Shown here: piece after piece, positions 44,830 to 58,759 of the stretch
Position numbering within the stretch: the first letter of the stretch is position 1
How the letters are laid out: each line of letters begins with the position of its first letter
Source of the DNA: Octopus vulgaris
Lineage: Eukaryota
Length of the DNA: 64,000 nt
Assembly: GCA_951406725.2 (NCBI GenBank)
Contig: OX597824.1
Location: 73,780,001-73,844,000 of the forward strand
Reading direction: 5' to 3'
Position numbers and translations under genes: made by a program
Notes under the pieces: model-generated
Told to the model about the DNA's origin: nothing
The model's database searches: none
The model's input: only the letters and a program-made list of their open reading frames with translations

Positions 44830-46675
44830 CTTAGTGGATGGGTGATGAGGATGGTGGTGTAGGAGGGGGCAGTGATGGGGGATGGTCGCAGTGGGGTGGG
44901 GGTTGAGGTGATGGTATTTGTGGTTGTAGTATTGGTGATGGTGGTGTTGGTGGTGAGGTATTTTGTGGTTGTAGTGTTGGCGATGGGTGGAGTGGTGATG
45001 GTGACAGTGGTCGTAGTGGTGGTGGTCGTGGTGGTCGTGGTGGTCGTGGTGGTCGTGGTGGCGGCGATGGTATTTGTGGCTGTAATATTGATGATGGTGG
45101 TGTTCGTGGGGGTAGTGACGATGGTGGTGGTGGTGGTGATGCCGTTGGGAGGTGTTGGTATTTGTGGAGGTGGTGGTGATGGTGGTGGTGCTCATGGCAT
45201 TTGTGTTTGTGATGCTGGTGATGGGTGAGGTGGGTGGGGTGTTGACGATGAGGTAGTAGTGAGGATGGTAGTAGTGATGGTGGTCGTGATACTGGTGGTA
45301 TATGTTAGGACGGTGATGGTAGTGACGGTGGTGATGATGCTGATGATGGTGATGATGGTGGTGGTGGTTATGATGGTGGTGATGCTGATGATGGTGGTGG
45401 TGATGGTGGTAGTGATGATGATGGTGGTGGTGGTGGTAGTGGTGGAGGTGATGATGATAGTGGTGGTGGTGGTGGTGGTGGTGGTGGTGGTGGTGGTGGT
45501 GGTGGAGGAGGTGATGATGGTGGTGGTGGTTATGATGGTGGTGGTGGTGGTTATGATGGTGGTAGTGATGATGATGGTGGTGGTGGTGGTGGTGGTGGTA
45601 GTGGTGGAAGTGATGATGGTGGTGGTGGTGATGATGATGGTGGTGATGGTGGTAGTGGTGGAGGTGATGATGGTGGTGGTGATGATGATGGCGGTGGTAT
45701 TTGTGGTTGTAGTGTTCGTGGTGAGCGGGGTAGTGGCGACGCTGATGGTGATGTTGGTATTTGTGGTGGTGGCGATGGTGGTGAAGGTGAGTGCGGCGAT
45801 GGTGGTGATGGTGATGGTGATGGTGGCGGTGATGGTGGTGTTTATATTTCTGGTTGTAATGTTGGCGATTTGTCGAGGTGCTGGTCATAGTATAGGTTGT
45901 AGCGTGGGGTTGTGTGTTAGGGATGTCGGTGGTGACGGCGACACTCTGGTTGACATGATGATAGTGGAGTGATTGGTGATGGTGGTGGTGGTGGTGGTGG
46001 TGGTGGTAGTGGTGGGCGTCGTAGGGTTGGTGATGAGTAGGGCGGTAGCGGTGGTAATAATAGTTATGTTTGGTGACGGCGGGGGTGGCGGTGTTGGAAA
46101 TGAAGATGGTATTTCTGGGGCTAGCATTGGTGTTGGTGTTGGTGGTTGGTGATGGTGGTGTTAGTAATGCTATTTGCGGTAGTAGTTTTGGTGAGGGGTG
46201 GGGACCGTGTGGTATTTCAGGTGGTGGTGGTGGTGGTGATGGTGGTGGTGGTGATAGTGGTGTTCGTAAGGGTGGGACTGGCGTTAGAGATGATGGTATT
46301 TATCATGGTGGTGGTGGTGGTGGTGGTGGTGGTGATGATAGAGATATTGATGTAGTTCGTACTGTTGTTGTTGTCGTAGTCGTCGTTGCTGTTACTGTTA
46401 TTATTGTTGTTGTTATTGGCGGTGGTGGTGGTGGTGGTGGTGGTGGTGGCGGTGGTGGTGGTGGTGGTGGTGGTGGTGGTGATAGCGACTGTACTGTTTG
46501 GTCATGTGGTCCCGGCGACAGTGGTCCTGAAAATCATCAACATCATCATCATCATCATCATGACAGTGACGATGAAGATGATGATGATGATGTTGACGAC
46601 GACCATGGCAACGGTAGCGATGATGATGATGATGATGATGACAGTCGAAGATGGTGATGACGATCGTGGCAATAG

Positions 46676-46727
<52 letters not shown>

Positions 46728-46866
46728 AATGATGATGATGACGATGATGACAGTCGAAGATGGTGATGACGATCGTGGCAATAGTGATGATGATGATGAT
46801 GATAATGGAAATGATGATGATGACGATGATGACAGTCGAAGATGGTGATGACGATCGTGGCAATAG

Positions 46867-46900
<34 letters not shown>

Positions 46901-46957
46901 AATGATGATGATGACGATGATGACAGTCGAAGATGGTGATGACGATCGTGGCAATAG

Positions 46958-47020
<63 letters not shown>

Positions 47021-47543
47021 GGAGGAGGAGGAGGAGGAGGAGGAGGAGGGGTAAGAGGTAGAAGAAGAAAATGGTGATGATTGATGATGATATATGAACG
47101 ATAGTGTGTGTATGAGAATTGTAATGACAACAGTGGGTGTGATAATGAAGCTTGAATTGATAATGGTGAAGGGAATGGGGGGGGGGCAACTGGGGGGTAT
47201 GTGTGTCTGAGACGAAACGGAGGGAGACGGTGGTGATGGGACGGAATTGTAGAGTCAGCTGTGATGGTTTTGGTGATGCTGGTGGTGGCGTCGATGGTGG
47301 CGTATGAATATTAGTAAGAATTATGTTACTCTTTTACTCTTTTACTTGTTTCAGTCATTTGACTGCGGCCATGCTGGAGCACCGCCTTTAGTCCAAGCAA
47401 ATCGACCCCAGGATTTTATTCTTTGTAAGCCTAGTACTTATTCTATCGTTCTCTTTTTTGCCGAACCGCTAAGTTACGGGGGGGGGCGTAAACACACCAG
47501 AATTGGTTGTCAAGTGATGTTGTGGGGACAAACACAGACACAC

Positions 47544-47631
<88 letters not shown>

Positions 47632-47760
47632 TACACTCCAGCTATGACCAGCCCATCTTCTTAGAAGTACAGTATGTACAACTACATCATCTAGTGTTCT
47701 TTTTTTTTAAAGAAAAACAGTGTGATTTAAGGGAGATTTGGCTGCTACTTCTAGCAGATT

Positions 47761-47821
<61 letters not shown>

Positions 47822-48439
47822 GACGGGCTTCTTTCAGTTTCCGTCTACCATATCTACTCACAAGGTTTTGGTCGGCCCGAGGCTACAGTAGAAGACACTT
47901 GCCCAAGGTGCCACGCCGTGGGACTGAACCCAGAACCATGTGGTTGGTAAGCAAGCTACTTACCACGCAACCACTCCTGCGCCTGCTACTATGTTAGTAG
48001 TAATAGTTTTGATGATAGTAGCTTGGTGGTGACGGTAGTGGTGGGAGTAGTGGTGGTAGAGGTAGGTGGTGTTTGCTTAATTGTTGTAGTTATGTTGATG
48101 TTGAGACTGAATACAATGTTAACGACGACGACGACGACGATGATAAAGATGATATGATGACGACGACGATGGTGGTGGTGGTGATGATGATGATGATGAT
48201 GACGATTGTGATTGTGATAACGACCATGAAATGTTAATGATAATGATGGCGAAAGTGAAACTAATAATGGTGATAACGAAGTTGAATTTTAGCGATGGAT
48301 ATTAATTAATGGTGACAATGATGAAAAAAAAAAAGATGAGAGTGATTATCACTAATGATGATGATGATGTTAATAATTATGACGAAGAAGAAAGATCATG
48401 ATAATGATGACGACGACGACGACGGCGGTGACAACGATA

Positions 48440-48478
<39 letters not shown>

Positions 48479-48497
48479 GTGGTGATGATGATGATGT

Positions 48498-48541
<44 letters not shown>

Positions 48542-48545
48542 GTGG

Positions 48546-48633
<88 letters not shown>

Positions 48634-49178
48634 AATGATGATGATGATGATGATGATGGGGAGGAGGGGGAGGAGGAGGAGGATGGTGGTGGTGGTAGTG
48701 ATGATGATGATGATGGTAGATACTTTACCGATTGTTAATCCCTCATCGCGTCCTATCATCAACCCCAAGTTAGGCAATTTGGAAGAATGTTGAGAAAAAT
48801 AAACAGGGCGTCGTTCTAATGACAAGAGAGGAGGAAAGGGGTATGGGGGGGGGGCTGTTGTGGTGATGGTGGTGGTGGTGGTGGTAGTGGTGGGGGTTCT
48901 GGGTGGGAGTTGTTGAGGCCAGTGTAAATGAAGGCGTATTTGATAGTGTTATGATTTATAAATGATGATGATGATGATGATGACGATGATGATGATGATG
49001 ATGGCCACGACGACGACGACGACGGCGCCGATGGTAGCAGCAGAGGTAGTGGTGGTCGTGGTAGTGATGACGATGAAGAGGAAGAAGACGAAGAAGAGGA
49101 GGCGAATGGTGGTGGTGACAACAATAGTGAGTGATGACGATGATGATGACGATGACGACGACGATGATGATGATAATC

Positions 49179-49213
<35 letters not shown>

Positions 49214-49470
49214 CCATAAGGTGAAAGACTGGGGGGTGAGCAGACAAAGAGGAGGGTGGAGAAAGGGTAGAAGGTTGAGGATGAGGAGAAGAAAGAGGAG
49301 TTGAAAAAATGACGATGAAGTGTTATTTAAGCAGTGGTTGTTATGGCGGTTGCTATGGTGATTGTTATGATGGTTGTTGTGGTGATTGCAGTTGGTGTGG
49401 ATTATGGTGTTAAGGTGGTTGTGGAATAATGATGATGCTTGTGGTGGTGTTGATGATGATGATGATGATG
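44830..49470. repeat. Compound (GGT)/(GAT)/(GAG) trinucleotide low-complexity tract with higher-order unit at 46620-46960; SINE A at about 47327-47985
   Basis: Four copies of gatgacagtcgaagatggtgatgacgatcgtggcaatagt separated by (gat)n; homopolymeric ORFs in many frames. Confidence 0.9.
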
Positions 49471-49720
49471 GACAATACTTGCTTAAAGTTTTCTCCGCTG
49501 AAATGCTCTCCCTCACCCTCAGACCAGTGTTTACCTGCATTCCCACCCGCCACCTTTACCGGTACCCCCTCCATCCCCTTAAGAAAAAATGTAGTTCTTG
49601 TATCCCTTACAATTCGTTACCCAACACCAAAAGCCTTTTATTAAGTTAGAACATTCTAAGTCGTTTCTGGGTCAAGCTTAAAACTATGCACCAACCCTTT
49701 ATCAGTATGCTGACCAAGAT

Positions 49721-50103
49721 GGAGGCGCAATGGCCCAGTGGTTAGAGCAGCGGACGCGCGGTCGTAGGATCGCGGTTTCGATTCCCAGACCGGGCGTTGT
49801 GAGTGTTTATTGAGCGAAAACACCTAAAAGCTCCACGAGGTTCCGGCAGGAGATGGTGGTGATCGCTGCTGTACTCTTTCACCTTAACTTTCTCTCACTC
49901 TTACTTCCTGTTTCTGTTGTACCTGTATTTCAAAGGGCCGGCCTTGTCACTTTCTGTGTCACGCTGAATATCCCCGAGAACTACGTTAAGGGTACACGTG
50001 TCTGTGGAGTGCTCAGCCACTTACACGTTAATTTCACGAGCAGGCTGTTCCGTTGATTCGGATCAACCGGAACCCTCGTCGTCGTAACCGACGGAGTGCT
50101 TCC
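49721..50103 (+). mobile_element. tRNA-derived SINE family B, full length, 13-bp TSD
   Basis: A box TGGCCCAGTGG, B box GTTTCGATTCC; TSD TATGCTGACCAAG at 49706-18 and 50106-18. Confidence 0.92.
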
Positions 50104-50369
50104 TATATGCTGACCAAGGCAAGGGTTTCGTGGAAGCCATTCTAGCGGTTATACACCATTTACAAGGAAATAATTATTCTTAAATTTTGGGTCAAGGTCA
50201 GCTGTTTGAGCGGGATGGGGGGCAAGTTGGTTACACCGAGTCCAGTGCTCAGCTAGTAGATATCTTTCCTTCCCTGAGCGTCTGCTAATACTTTGCATGT
50301 ACCACGTGCTCACGTTGTTTTTTCATCAATTTTTGGGGAGCGGAGTGGGTGAGACAATCATATCTTTTT

Positions 50370-51314
50370 CTAGTTTAGGCACAACGCCCGAAATTTTGGG
50401 GGAGGGAGCCAATCGATTAGATCGACCCCAGTACGCAACTGGTACTTAATTTATCGACCCCGAAAGGATGAAAAGCAAAGTCGAACGTAGCAGAATTTGG
50501 TCTCAGAACATAACGACGGACGAAATACTGCTAAGCATTTCGTCCAGCGTGCTAATGGTTCTGCCAGCTCGCAGAACTGAAAGAACTGAACTGGGCCCTT
50601 CTTTTATCGACTCCGAAAGGATTAAGGGAAAAGATGGCTTCGCCGAAATTTCAACTCGAAACGTAAAGAATCGGAAGAAATGCAGCTACGTATTTTGTTC
50701 CCCGCACAAACACTTCTTATTTCTTTATTGCCCACAAGGAGCTAAACATAGAAGGGACAAACAAGGACAGACAAAGGTATTAAGTCGATTATATCAACCC
50801 CAGTGAGTAACTGGTACTTATTTAATCGACCCCGAAAGGATGAAAGGCAAAGCCGACCTAGGCGGAATTTGAACTCAGAACGTAGCGGCAGACGAAATAC
50901 CTATTTCTTTATTACCCACAAGGGCTAAACATAGAAAGGACAAACAAGGACAGACAAGGATTAAGTCGATTATATCAACCCCAGTGCGTAACTGGTACTT
51001 ATTTAATCGACCCCGAAAGGATGAAAGGCAAAGCCGACCTCGGCGGAATTTGAACTCAGAACGTAGCGGCAGACGAAATACCTATTTCTTTATTACCCAC
51101 AAGGGGCTAAACATAGAAAGGACAAGCAATGACAGACAAAGGTATTAAGTCGATTACATCGACCCCAGTGCGCAACTGGTACTTAATTTATCGACCCCGA
51201 AAGGATGAAAGGCAAAGTCGACCTCGGCGGAATTTGAGCTCAGAACGTAACGGCAGACGAAATACAGCTAAGCATTTCGCCCGGCATGCTAACGATTCTG
51301 CCAGCTTGCCGCCT
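50370..51314 (-). mobile_element. Cluster of SINE family C including three tandem body units of about 180 bp (50713-51314)
   Basis: Repeated tatttctttatt.cccacaag...gaactcagaacgtagcggcagacgaaatac. Confidence 0.85.
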
Positions 51315-51579
51315 TTCAGTCTTCTGCCATCTTGCCGCCTTTAATAATATTTAATTTATGTACAAGGCCACCTATTTTTAAGGCGAGGAAGTATACCATC
51401 AGCATCAATACTTGACTGGTGCAAAAGAATGATAGTTGGAACTGAATGAGACACAGCAAGCGACTGAACATAGGAGGAAAGAAACTCGGTATAAAAAGGT
51501 TATGTGGCGGGTCTACGCGACTAAGCAATGAGCTCACTCAAAAGTTTCGAGTTCAATCTCCACTGAAGGTGGCATTTAA

Positions 51580-51974
51580 GTAAGGAGGAGGAAGCACTCC
51601 GTCGGTTACGACGACGAGGGTTCCGGTTGATCCGAATCAACGGAACAGCCTGCTCGTGAAATTAACGTGTAAGTGGCTGAGCACTCCACAGACATGTGTA
51701 CCCTTAACGTAGTTCTCGGGGATATTCAGCGTGACACAGAGAGTGACAAGGCCGGCCCTTTGAAATACAGGTACAAACAGAAACAGGAAGTAAGAGTGAG
51801 AGAAAGTTGTGGTGAAAGAGTACAGCAGGGATCACCACCATCCCCTGCCGGAGCCTCGTGGAGCTTTAGGTGTTTTCGCTCAATAAACACTCACAACGCC
51901 CGGTCTGGGAATCGAAACCGCGATCCTACGACCGCGAGTCCGCTGCCCTAACCACTGGGCCATTGCGCCTCCAC
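51580..51974 (-). mobile_element. SINE family B, full length, 79-bp flanking direct repeat
   Basis: 51501-51579 equals 51975-52053 (1 mismatch). Confidence 0.92.
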
Positions 51975-52386
51975 TATGTGGTGGGTCTACGCGACTAAGC
52001 AATGAGCTCACTCAAAAGTTTCGAGTTCAATCTCCACTGAAGGTGGCATTTAAATAACAGCAAGAGGACTACCTAAATGGGCCCCGGGTTCCCTTTGAGT
52101 GTCAGGAACTAACTGGCGGAAAAATTTGCTTGACGGGAATTCTTCTTCTGGAGATTTCTCCTGTCGTCTGCTTTGACCCGTGGCGAGTTTCCGTTTGCGC
52201 ATCGTCAACGACCATAACGGCACAGGCCATCATTAACACCGCCAACAACATTAATAGCACTGACGACAACAGCAATACCATCAACAAGAGCATCAACATC
52301 GTCAAGTATAACAATAGCAACGTCATCATCACACCACTATCAACACCATCATCAACAACATCAATATCGTTATCATCATCATCATC

Positions 52387-52790
52387 ATTGTTCGACCGTG
52401 GTCGAGACAATGGAATTTACCATGCTACGCCAGACTTCACAGTCCATCATAGCATTACGGAGGTCCTGTTGCTGGATGCCTGTATCCCTGGAGATTACAT
52501 CAGGGTAGGAGAGTCTGCGCCCTCTGGTATTGCGAGTAGATGGCTTCCAGAGGAGAAGAGTAGAAATTACTTCTTTTTCAGCTCTACAACAATGTCCAGC
52601 AAACTGGACCTCCTACCTTTCACAAGAGATGACACAGGTGGTAGTTTCCCATATATTTGCATTTTGGTTGGATGGCACTTCCACGAGAGGTTTTGAGCTC
52701 TCATAAGCAGGCGAGTTAGGTTCCATCCAACCGCCTCTCAAGCTTCTTTGATAACGTCCAGGTTTCTGAGCCATATAGTAGAATTGATAT
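52387..52790 (-). mobile_element. RTE-clade LINE 3' end with (ATG)n tail
   Basis: ILLYGSETWTLSKKLERRLDG..QFAGHCCRAEKE..LLLWKP..RGRRLSYPDVISRDTG..MMDCEVWRSMV. Confidence 0.85.
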
Positions 52791-52930
52791 AGTAGAAACT
52801 GATATCGTCATCAACAACATCAAGATCAACAACAACAACAATAAACATAACCACCACACTAACACCATTAATCACAATATAATTACCACCACCACCACCA
52901 CCACCACAACCAGCAGCAACAACTACAAGT

Positions 52931-53337
52931 ACTCTTTTACTCTTTTACTTGTTTCAGTCATTTGACAGCGGCCATGCTGGAGCACCCCCTTTAGTCGAGC
53001 AAATCGACCCCAAGACTTATTCTTTGGAAGCCTTGTACTTATTCTATCGGTCTCTTTCGCCGAACCGCTAACTTACGGGGACGTAAACACACCAGCATTG
53101 GTTGTCAAGCGATGTTGGGGGGACAGACACAGATACACAAACACACCCACACATATATACATATACATATATACGACGGGCTTCTTTCACTTTCCGTCAA
53201 CCAAATCGACTCACAAGGCTTTGGTCGGTCCGAGGCTATAGTAAAAGACAGTTGCCCAAAGTGCCACGTAGTGGGACTGAACCCGGAACCATGTGGTTGG
53301 TAAGCAAGCAACTTACCACACAGCCACTCCTGCGCCT
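52931..53337 (-). mobile_element. SINE family A
   Basis: Full-length match to other copies. Confidence 0.9.
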
Positions 53338-53631
53338 AGTTAATTCTTTTCATACGTAGTGGTTTGTTAGAGAGCGTGCGTTAAAATGCCTTGTTGTATG
53401 TAAAACGGCTCTTTGCGCTCTGAGTTGAAATTCCGCAAAGTTCATCTTTATCTCTCATTCTGCCCAGATCGGTAACATATAACAACAGTTAAATACTGGA
53501 GCATTTAACTTGCAAACACTACTCTCACCACAAAAAAATTGTAGCCTTTCCTGTATCTGTTTTGAAAACAATTATTATTAATGCTAAGAAAAGTTACCCG
53601 AACATCTCGTAGGAGGAAAAATATGGTGTGC

Positions 53632-54013
53632 GGAAGCACTCCGTCGGTTACGACGACGAGGGTTCCGGTTGATCCGAATCAACGGAACAGCCTGCTCGTG
53701 AAATTAACGTGTAAGTGGCTGGGCTCTCCACAGACACGTGTACCCTTAACGTAGTTCTCGGGGATATTCAGCGTGACACAGAGAGTGACAAGGCCGGCCC
53801 TTTGAAATACAGGTACAACAGAAACAGGAAGTAAGAGTGAGAGAAAGTTGTGGTGAAAGAGTACAGCAGGGATCACCACCATCCCCTGCCGGAGCCTCGT
53901 GGAGCTTTAGGTGTTTTCGCTCAATAAACACTCACAACGCCCGGTCTGGGAATCGAAACCACGATCCTATGACTGCGAGTCCGCTGCCCTAACCACTGGG
54001 CCATTGCGCCTCC
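53632..54013 (-). mobile_element. SINE family B, 14-bp TSD
   Basis: TSD AGGAGGAAAAATAT at 53611-24 and 54014-27. Confidence 0.92.
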
Positions 54014-54222
54014 AGGAGGAAAAATATACATGACGAAGTTTAAGGAAGCAGAAATACATATTTAGCCGTTCACCGGCATTACTGAACGATTTTCGTCTGC
54101 TGCTGATTTTTAGATGGTTTCTTGAAATGAATACAGCAGCTTAGCAGGGTTTCAGCAGTACATCTGTTTTAAGTATGGTATACAAACTACTATTTTGAAC
54201 AAACACGGCTCCCGTTGCTAAT

Positions 54223-54607
54223 TGGAAGCACTCCGTCGGATACGACATTGAGGGTTCCGGTTGATCCGAATCAACAGAACAGCCTGCTCGTGAAATTAAC
54301 GTGTAAGTGGCTGAGCACGCCACAGACACGTGTACCCTTAACGTAGTTCTCGGGGATATTCAGCGTGACACAGAGAGTGACAAGGCCAGCCCTTTGAAAT
54401 ACAGGTACAACAGAAACAGGAAGTAAGAGTGAGAGAAAGTTGTGGTGAAAGGGTACAGCAGGGATCACCACCATCCCCTGCCGGAGCCTCGTGGAGCTTT
54501 AGGTGTTTTCGCTCAATAAACACTCACAACGCCCGGTCTGGGAATCGAAACCGCGATCCTATGACCGCGAGTCCGCTGCCCTAACCACTGGGCCATTGCG
54601 CCTCCAC
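54223..54607 (-). mobile_element. SINE family B, 13-bp TSD
   Basis: TSD TCCCGTTGCTAAT at 54210-22 and 54609-21. Confidence 0.92.
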
Positions 54608-54743
54608 TTCCCGTTGCTAATAACGAATATATTGTAATATTTTAGCCTAAGTGAACGTGCAGTTGAGTGGCAGAAACGGAAGAGTGCAGCTTAAAAAAAA
54701 AATAAGGGCTTGCAGTAATTATACATATGTGTGAATGTGTATG

Positions 54744-54793
<50 letters not shown>

Positions 54794-55850
54794 AATAGCG
54801 ACTTCTGCGTCGCCAATACAACAACAATAAGAACTACAAATATCAGTAGACCACTCCATCATCAATTGTTTTAGGTGCCTGTGTAGTTGCGAGCAGATAT
54901 GAACAGACAACCTCTCGGCCCTCCCACCTTTGATCCAGCGATTTCAAAGGCGGGAAGGTGATGAAGGTGTCTCCGACGTTGCAACAGCTGGCAGTTTGAG
55001 AAGGCTACACCAGCACAAAGCTGGTACTGATTTCGGCTAAGTAGGTTTGAGTAGTGTGAAATAAAGTGCCTTGCACAAGGGGAAGGCTCAATGTCACACT
55101 CGGTCTAAGATTCGAACTTACGACCTAGTGGTCTTCAGTCAAACACCCTAACCATTTGGCCACGTGCCCTCATAAATGCTAGAATAGTTGTCAAATAAAT
55201 CTACTTGTTTTTAACACAGATACAAGGATCACAAATTTATGAAACATGGAGATGAAACGTGAGGATTATTCCGGCGTGACGCGAACTCGGAGCATGAAGG
55301 AACACAACTAAATACCGCTACTTCTTTTGTCCGCAACTTTACCGATTCTACTATTCACTGCTTTTGCTTAAGACAAGGGGTCAGTAGTGATTCTCAGGAG
55401 TCGATATAGCTGTAGAAGGATTTTGAGCATTAAAGGTGCTGAATTATTATTATCAATTATATATGACAATTTTTATTTCGTTTTTGTATTTGGCTTGCAA
55501 CATTTTTGACGTTAATTTGTGTTGAAACATATTTCATTGTGTCTTGGGAGGGTCATTACGCCAATAATAACACATGCGCAGGCTCAATTTGGTTGAATAT
55601 CTAACTATTTGATTGTTTATTTAATGTGCTTGTTAAACGATCAATCGGTTATTTGTTTTTCCGCTAAAGTTCTTTCGCTGCTGTTCGCAACCATTCCAGT
55701 GACCCGTGAATCACTCTGCGTTCCAAGGTCTGATTGTTTATTTAACCAACACGTTAAACAAACGATCGATTATTCATTTAGTTGATTTGACATTTAACCA
55801 ATTGATTAACAATAAAGAAGTGGAATTGAACCTGGACATGTGTTGTTAAG

Positions 55851-56250
55851 GCGGCGGGTTGGCAGAAACGTTAGCACGCCGGGCGAAATGCGTAGCCGTA
55901 TTTCGTCTGCAGTTACGTTCTGAGTTCAGATTCCGTCGGGGTCGACTTTGCCTTTCATCCTTTCGGGGTCGATTAAATAAGTACCAGTTACGCACTGGGG
56001 TCGATATAATCGACTTAATCCGTTTGTCTGTCCTTGTTTGTCCCCTCTGTGTTTAGCCCCTTGTGGGTAGTAAAGAAATAGGTATTTCGCCCGTCGCTAC
56101 GTTCTGAGTTCAAATTCCTCCGAGGTTGACTTTGCCTTTTATCCTTTCGGGGTCGATGAAATAAGTACCACTGAAACACTGGGGTCGACGTAATCGACTG
56201 GTCCCATCCCTACACATTTCAGGCTCTGTGCCTTTAGTAGAAAAGATTAT
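55851..56250 (+). mobile_element. SINE family C, dimeric arrangement
   Basis: Central domain present twice; similar arrangement at 57903-58333. Confidence 0.8.
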
Positions 56251-56318
56251 TATTGACATAATGGCTCTCCCAAGACAACAAAGAGACAATTTCTATTGTA
56301 CTTTAATTTATTTCATTA

Positions 56319-56724
56319 ACTCTTTTACTCTCTTTTACTTGTTTCAGTCATTTGACTGCGGCCATGCTGGAGCAACGCCTTTAGTCGAGCAAATCGACCC
56401 CGGGACTTATTCTTTGTAAGCCCAGTACTTATTCTATCGCTAAGTGACGGGGACGTAAACACACCAGCATCGGTTGTCAAGCAATGCTAGGGGGACAAAC
56501 ACAGACACACAAACATATACACACACACTTATAATATATATATATATATATACATATATACGACAGGCTTCTTTCAGTTTCCATCTACCAAATCCACTCA
56601 CAAGGCATTGGTCGGCCCGGGGCTATAGCAGAAGACACTTGCCCAAGATGCCACGCAGTGGGACTGAACCCGGAACCATGTGGTTGGTTAGCAAGCTACT
56701 TACCACACAGCCACTCCTGCGCCT
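56319..56724 (-). mobile_element. SINE family A
   Basis: Near full-length match. Confidence 0.9.
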
Positions 56725-57150
56725 AAGTATTTTTATCAAATTTCTTTTCAATATTTCTTATTTAAAAGCTATAATGATGCAAAAGAACGAAGGGATTATT
56801 GTTTTTAAATCAGGAATCTTCTTCCTTTTTTTATTAATTGTAGTTTTTAATTTTATTTTAGAAATTCACGTGATTTCAGAGGGGCCAGTTATCAAGAAAT
56901 AAGTTATCAAGAAATTCCACGAAGGGGTCAATGCCATAAGAAGTTGGTCGACTCCTGGTTTAAAACATTGTTTATAGTTAATTTTTGTTTGTTTGTTTGT
57001 TGGTTGTTGTTTTGCTTAATTTCTTCTGATAATAACTTTAAAAACATAAGGAGAATGAACAGGATTTCACTAAACTCCCTTGTGTCTCTTTGCATTCTCA
57101 GTTTTCACACAGTGGTGAGAAGAATAAGAAATGACAGCGAATACGAACCA

Positions 57151-57218
<68 letters not shown>

Positions 57219-57286
57219 AGACTGAACGTAAAATAATTAAAAAAATGAACTAAAATAAGGAAAAAGAGTTAAGGAAAGGATCAGAG

Positions 57287-58716
57287 TAGTAGTTCCCAAC
57301 CGGGATCCATATGACTCCAAGAGGTTCATATAAGATTTTGTGGGGTACACGCAAGCAAAACAGTAAATTGGCTGTCTACAGGGTCCATAGTATACTTCAG
57401 ACGTATTTCTTGCAAAGAAACAACAAAGTTTCTTTCTCTAAAGCTTGACATAATTCAACATAGTGTGTAAACTCACCTATTTCCGCTTTTATTTGGGTAA
57501 GTAAATAAAAACAAAGAAAAAAAACAAACGGCACTCCGTCGGTTACGACTATGAAGGCTCCAGCTGATCTGATTAACGGAAGAGCCTGCTCGTGAAGTTA
57601 GCATTCAAGTGGCTGAGCACTCCACAGACACGCGCACCCTTAACATAGTTCTTTAGGGAGATTCAGCGTGACACAGAATGTGACGAGGCTGGCCCGTTGA
57701 AATACAGGTACGATTCACTTTTGCCAGCTGAGTGAACTGGAACAACGAGAAATAAAGTGTCTTGCTTAAGGAGACAACACGCTGCCGGGAATCGAACTCA
57801 TGACCTTACGATCGTGACCCGAATACTCGAACCACTAAGCCATGCACCTTCACTAAGATGGGCTATATCTTCCTTTTGAAGTTAATATTTGTTGACGGAA
57901 AAGGCGGCGAGCTGGCAGAATCGTTAGCACACCGGCCGAAATGCAAAGCAATATTTCGTCTGTCTCTATGATCTGAGTTCAAACTCCGCCGAGGTCGACT
58001 TTGCCTTTCATTCTTTCGGGGTCGATAAATTAAGTACCAGTTACGTACTAGGGTCGATGTAATCGACTTAATCCGTTTGTCTGTCCTTGTTTGTCCCCTT
58101 GATGTTTAGCTCCTTGAGGGTAGTAAAGAAATAAGAAACGTTAGCACATCGGGAGAAATTCTTAGTGGTATTTCGTCTGCCTTTACGTTCTGAGTTCAAA
58201 TTCCGCCAAGGTCGACTTTGCCTTTTATTCTTTCGGGGTCAATAAATTATGTATCAGTTGCATACAGGGGTCGATCTAATCGACTGGCCCCCTCCCCCCA
58301 AATTTCGGGCCTTGTGCCTAGAGTAGTAAAGAATATTCGTTCAGGGGGATATTTGTCTGGAAGAGAATTTCATTGAATTGTAAAGTGATGAAATATTTCA
58401 AGCAGGAATTAAAGATGTGAAGCATAATGTATAGAAAAGTAATGACACTGCATATATGTGTGTGTGTATGTGTGTGTGTGTGTGTGTCCATATCTCTGGG
58501 AGAAAGCGCAGAGAAGCATTACTGGTTTTCCTTCATCTTATTTGATTGCGGCCATGCTGGAGCACCGCCTTTATTCGAACAACTCGATCCCACGACTTAT
58601 TCTTCGTAAGCCTATCGGTCTCTTTTGCTGAACCGCTAAGTTACGTTGACGTAAACACATCAACACCGATTGTCAAGCGATGGCGTGGGGACAAACTGAC
58701 ACACACACACACACAT

Positions 58717-58759
<43 letters not shown>

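Noticed and set aside
44482-47189. 468-aa poly-His ORF and overlapping poly-Val/Asp/Gly ORFs
   Set aside because: Trinucleotide low-complexity DNA with no domain, signal peptide or convincing splice boundaries.
49721-49795. tRNA-like sequences with A and B boxes (also about 51900-51974, 61390-61455)
   Set aside because: They are SINE heads continuous with repeat bodies and TSDs, not tRNA genes.
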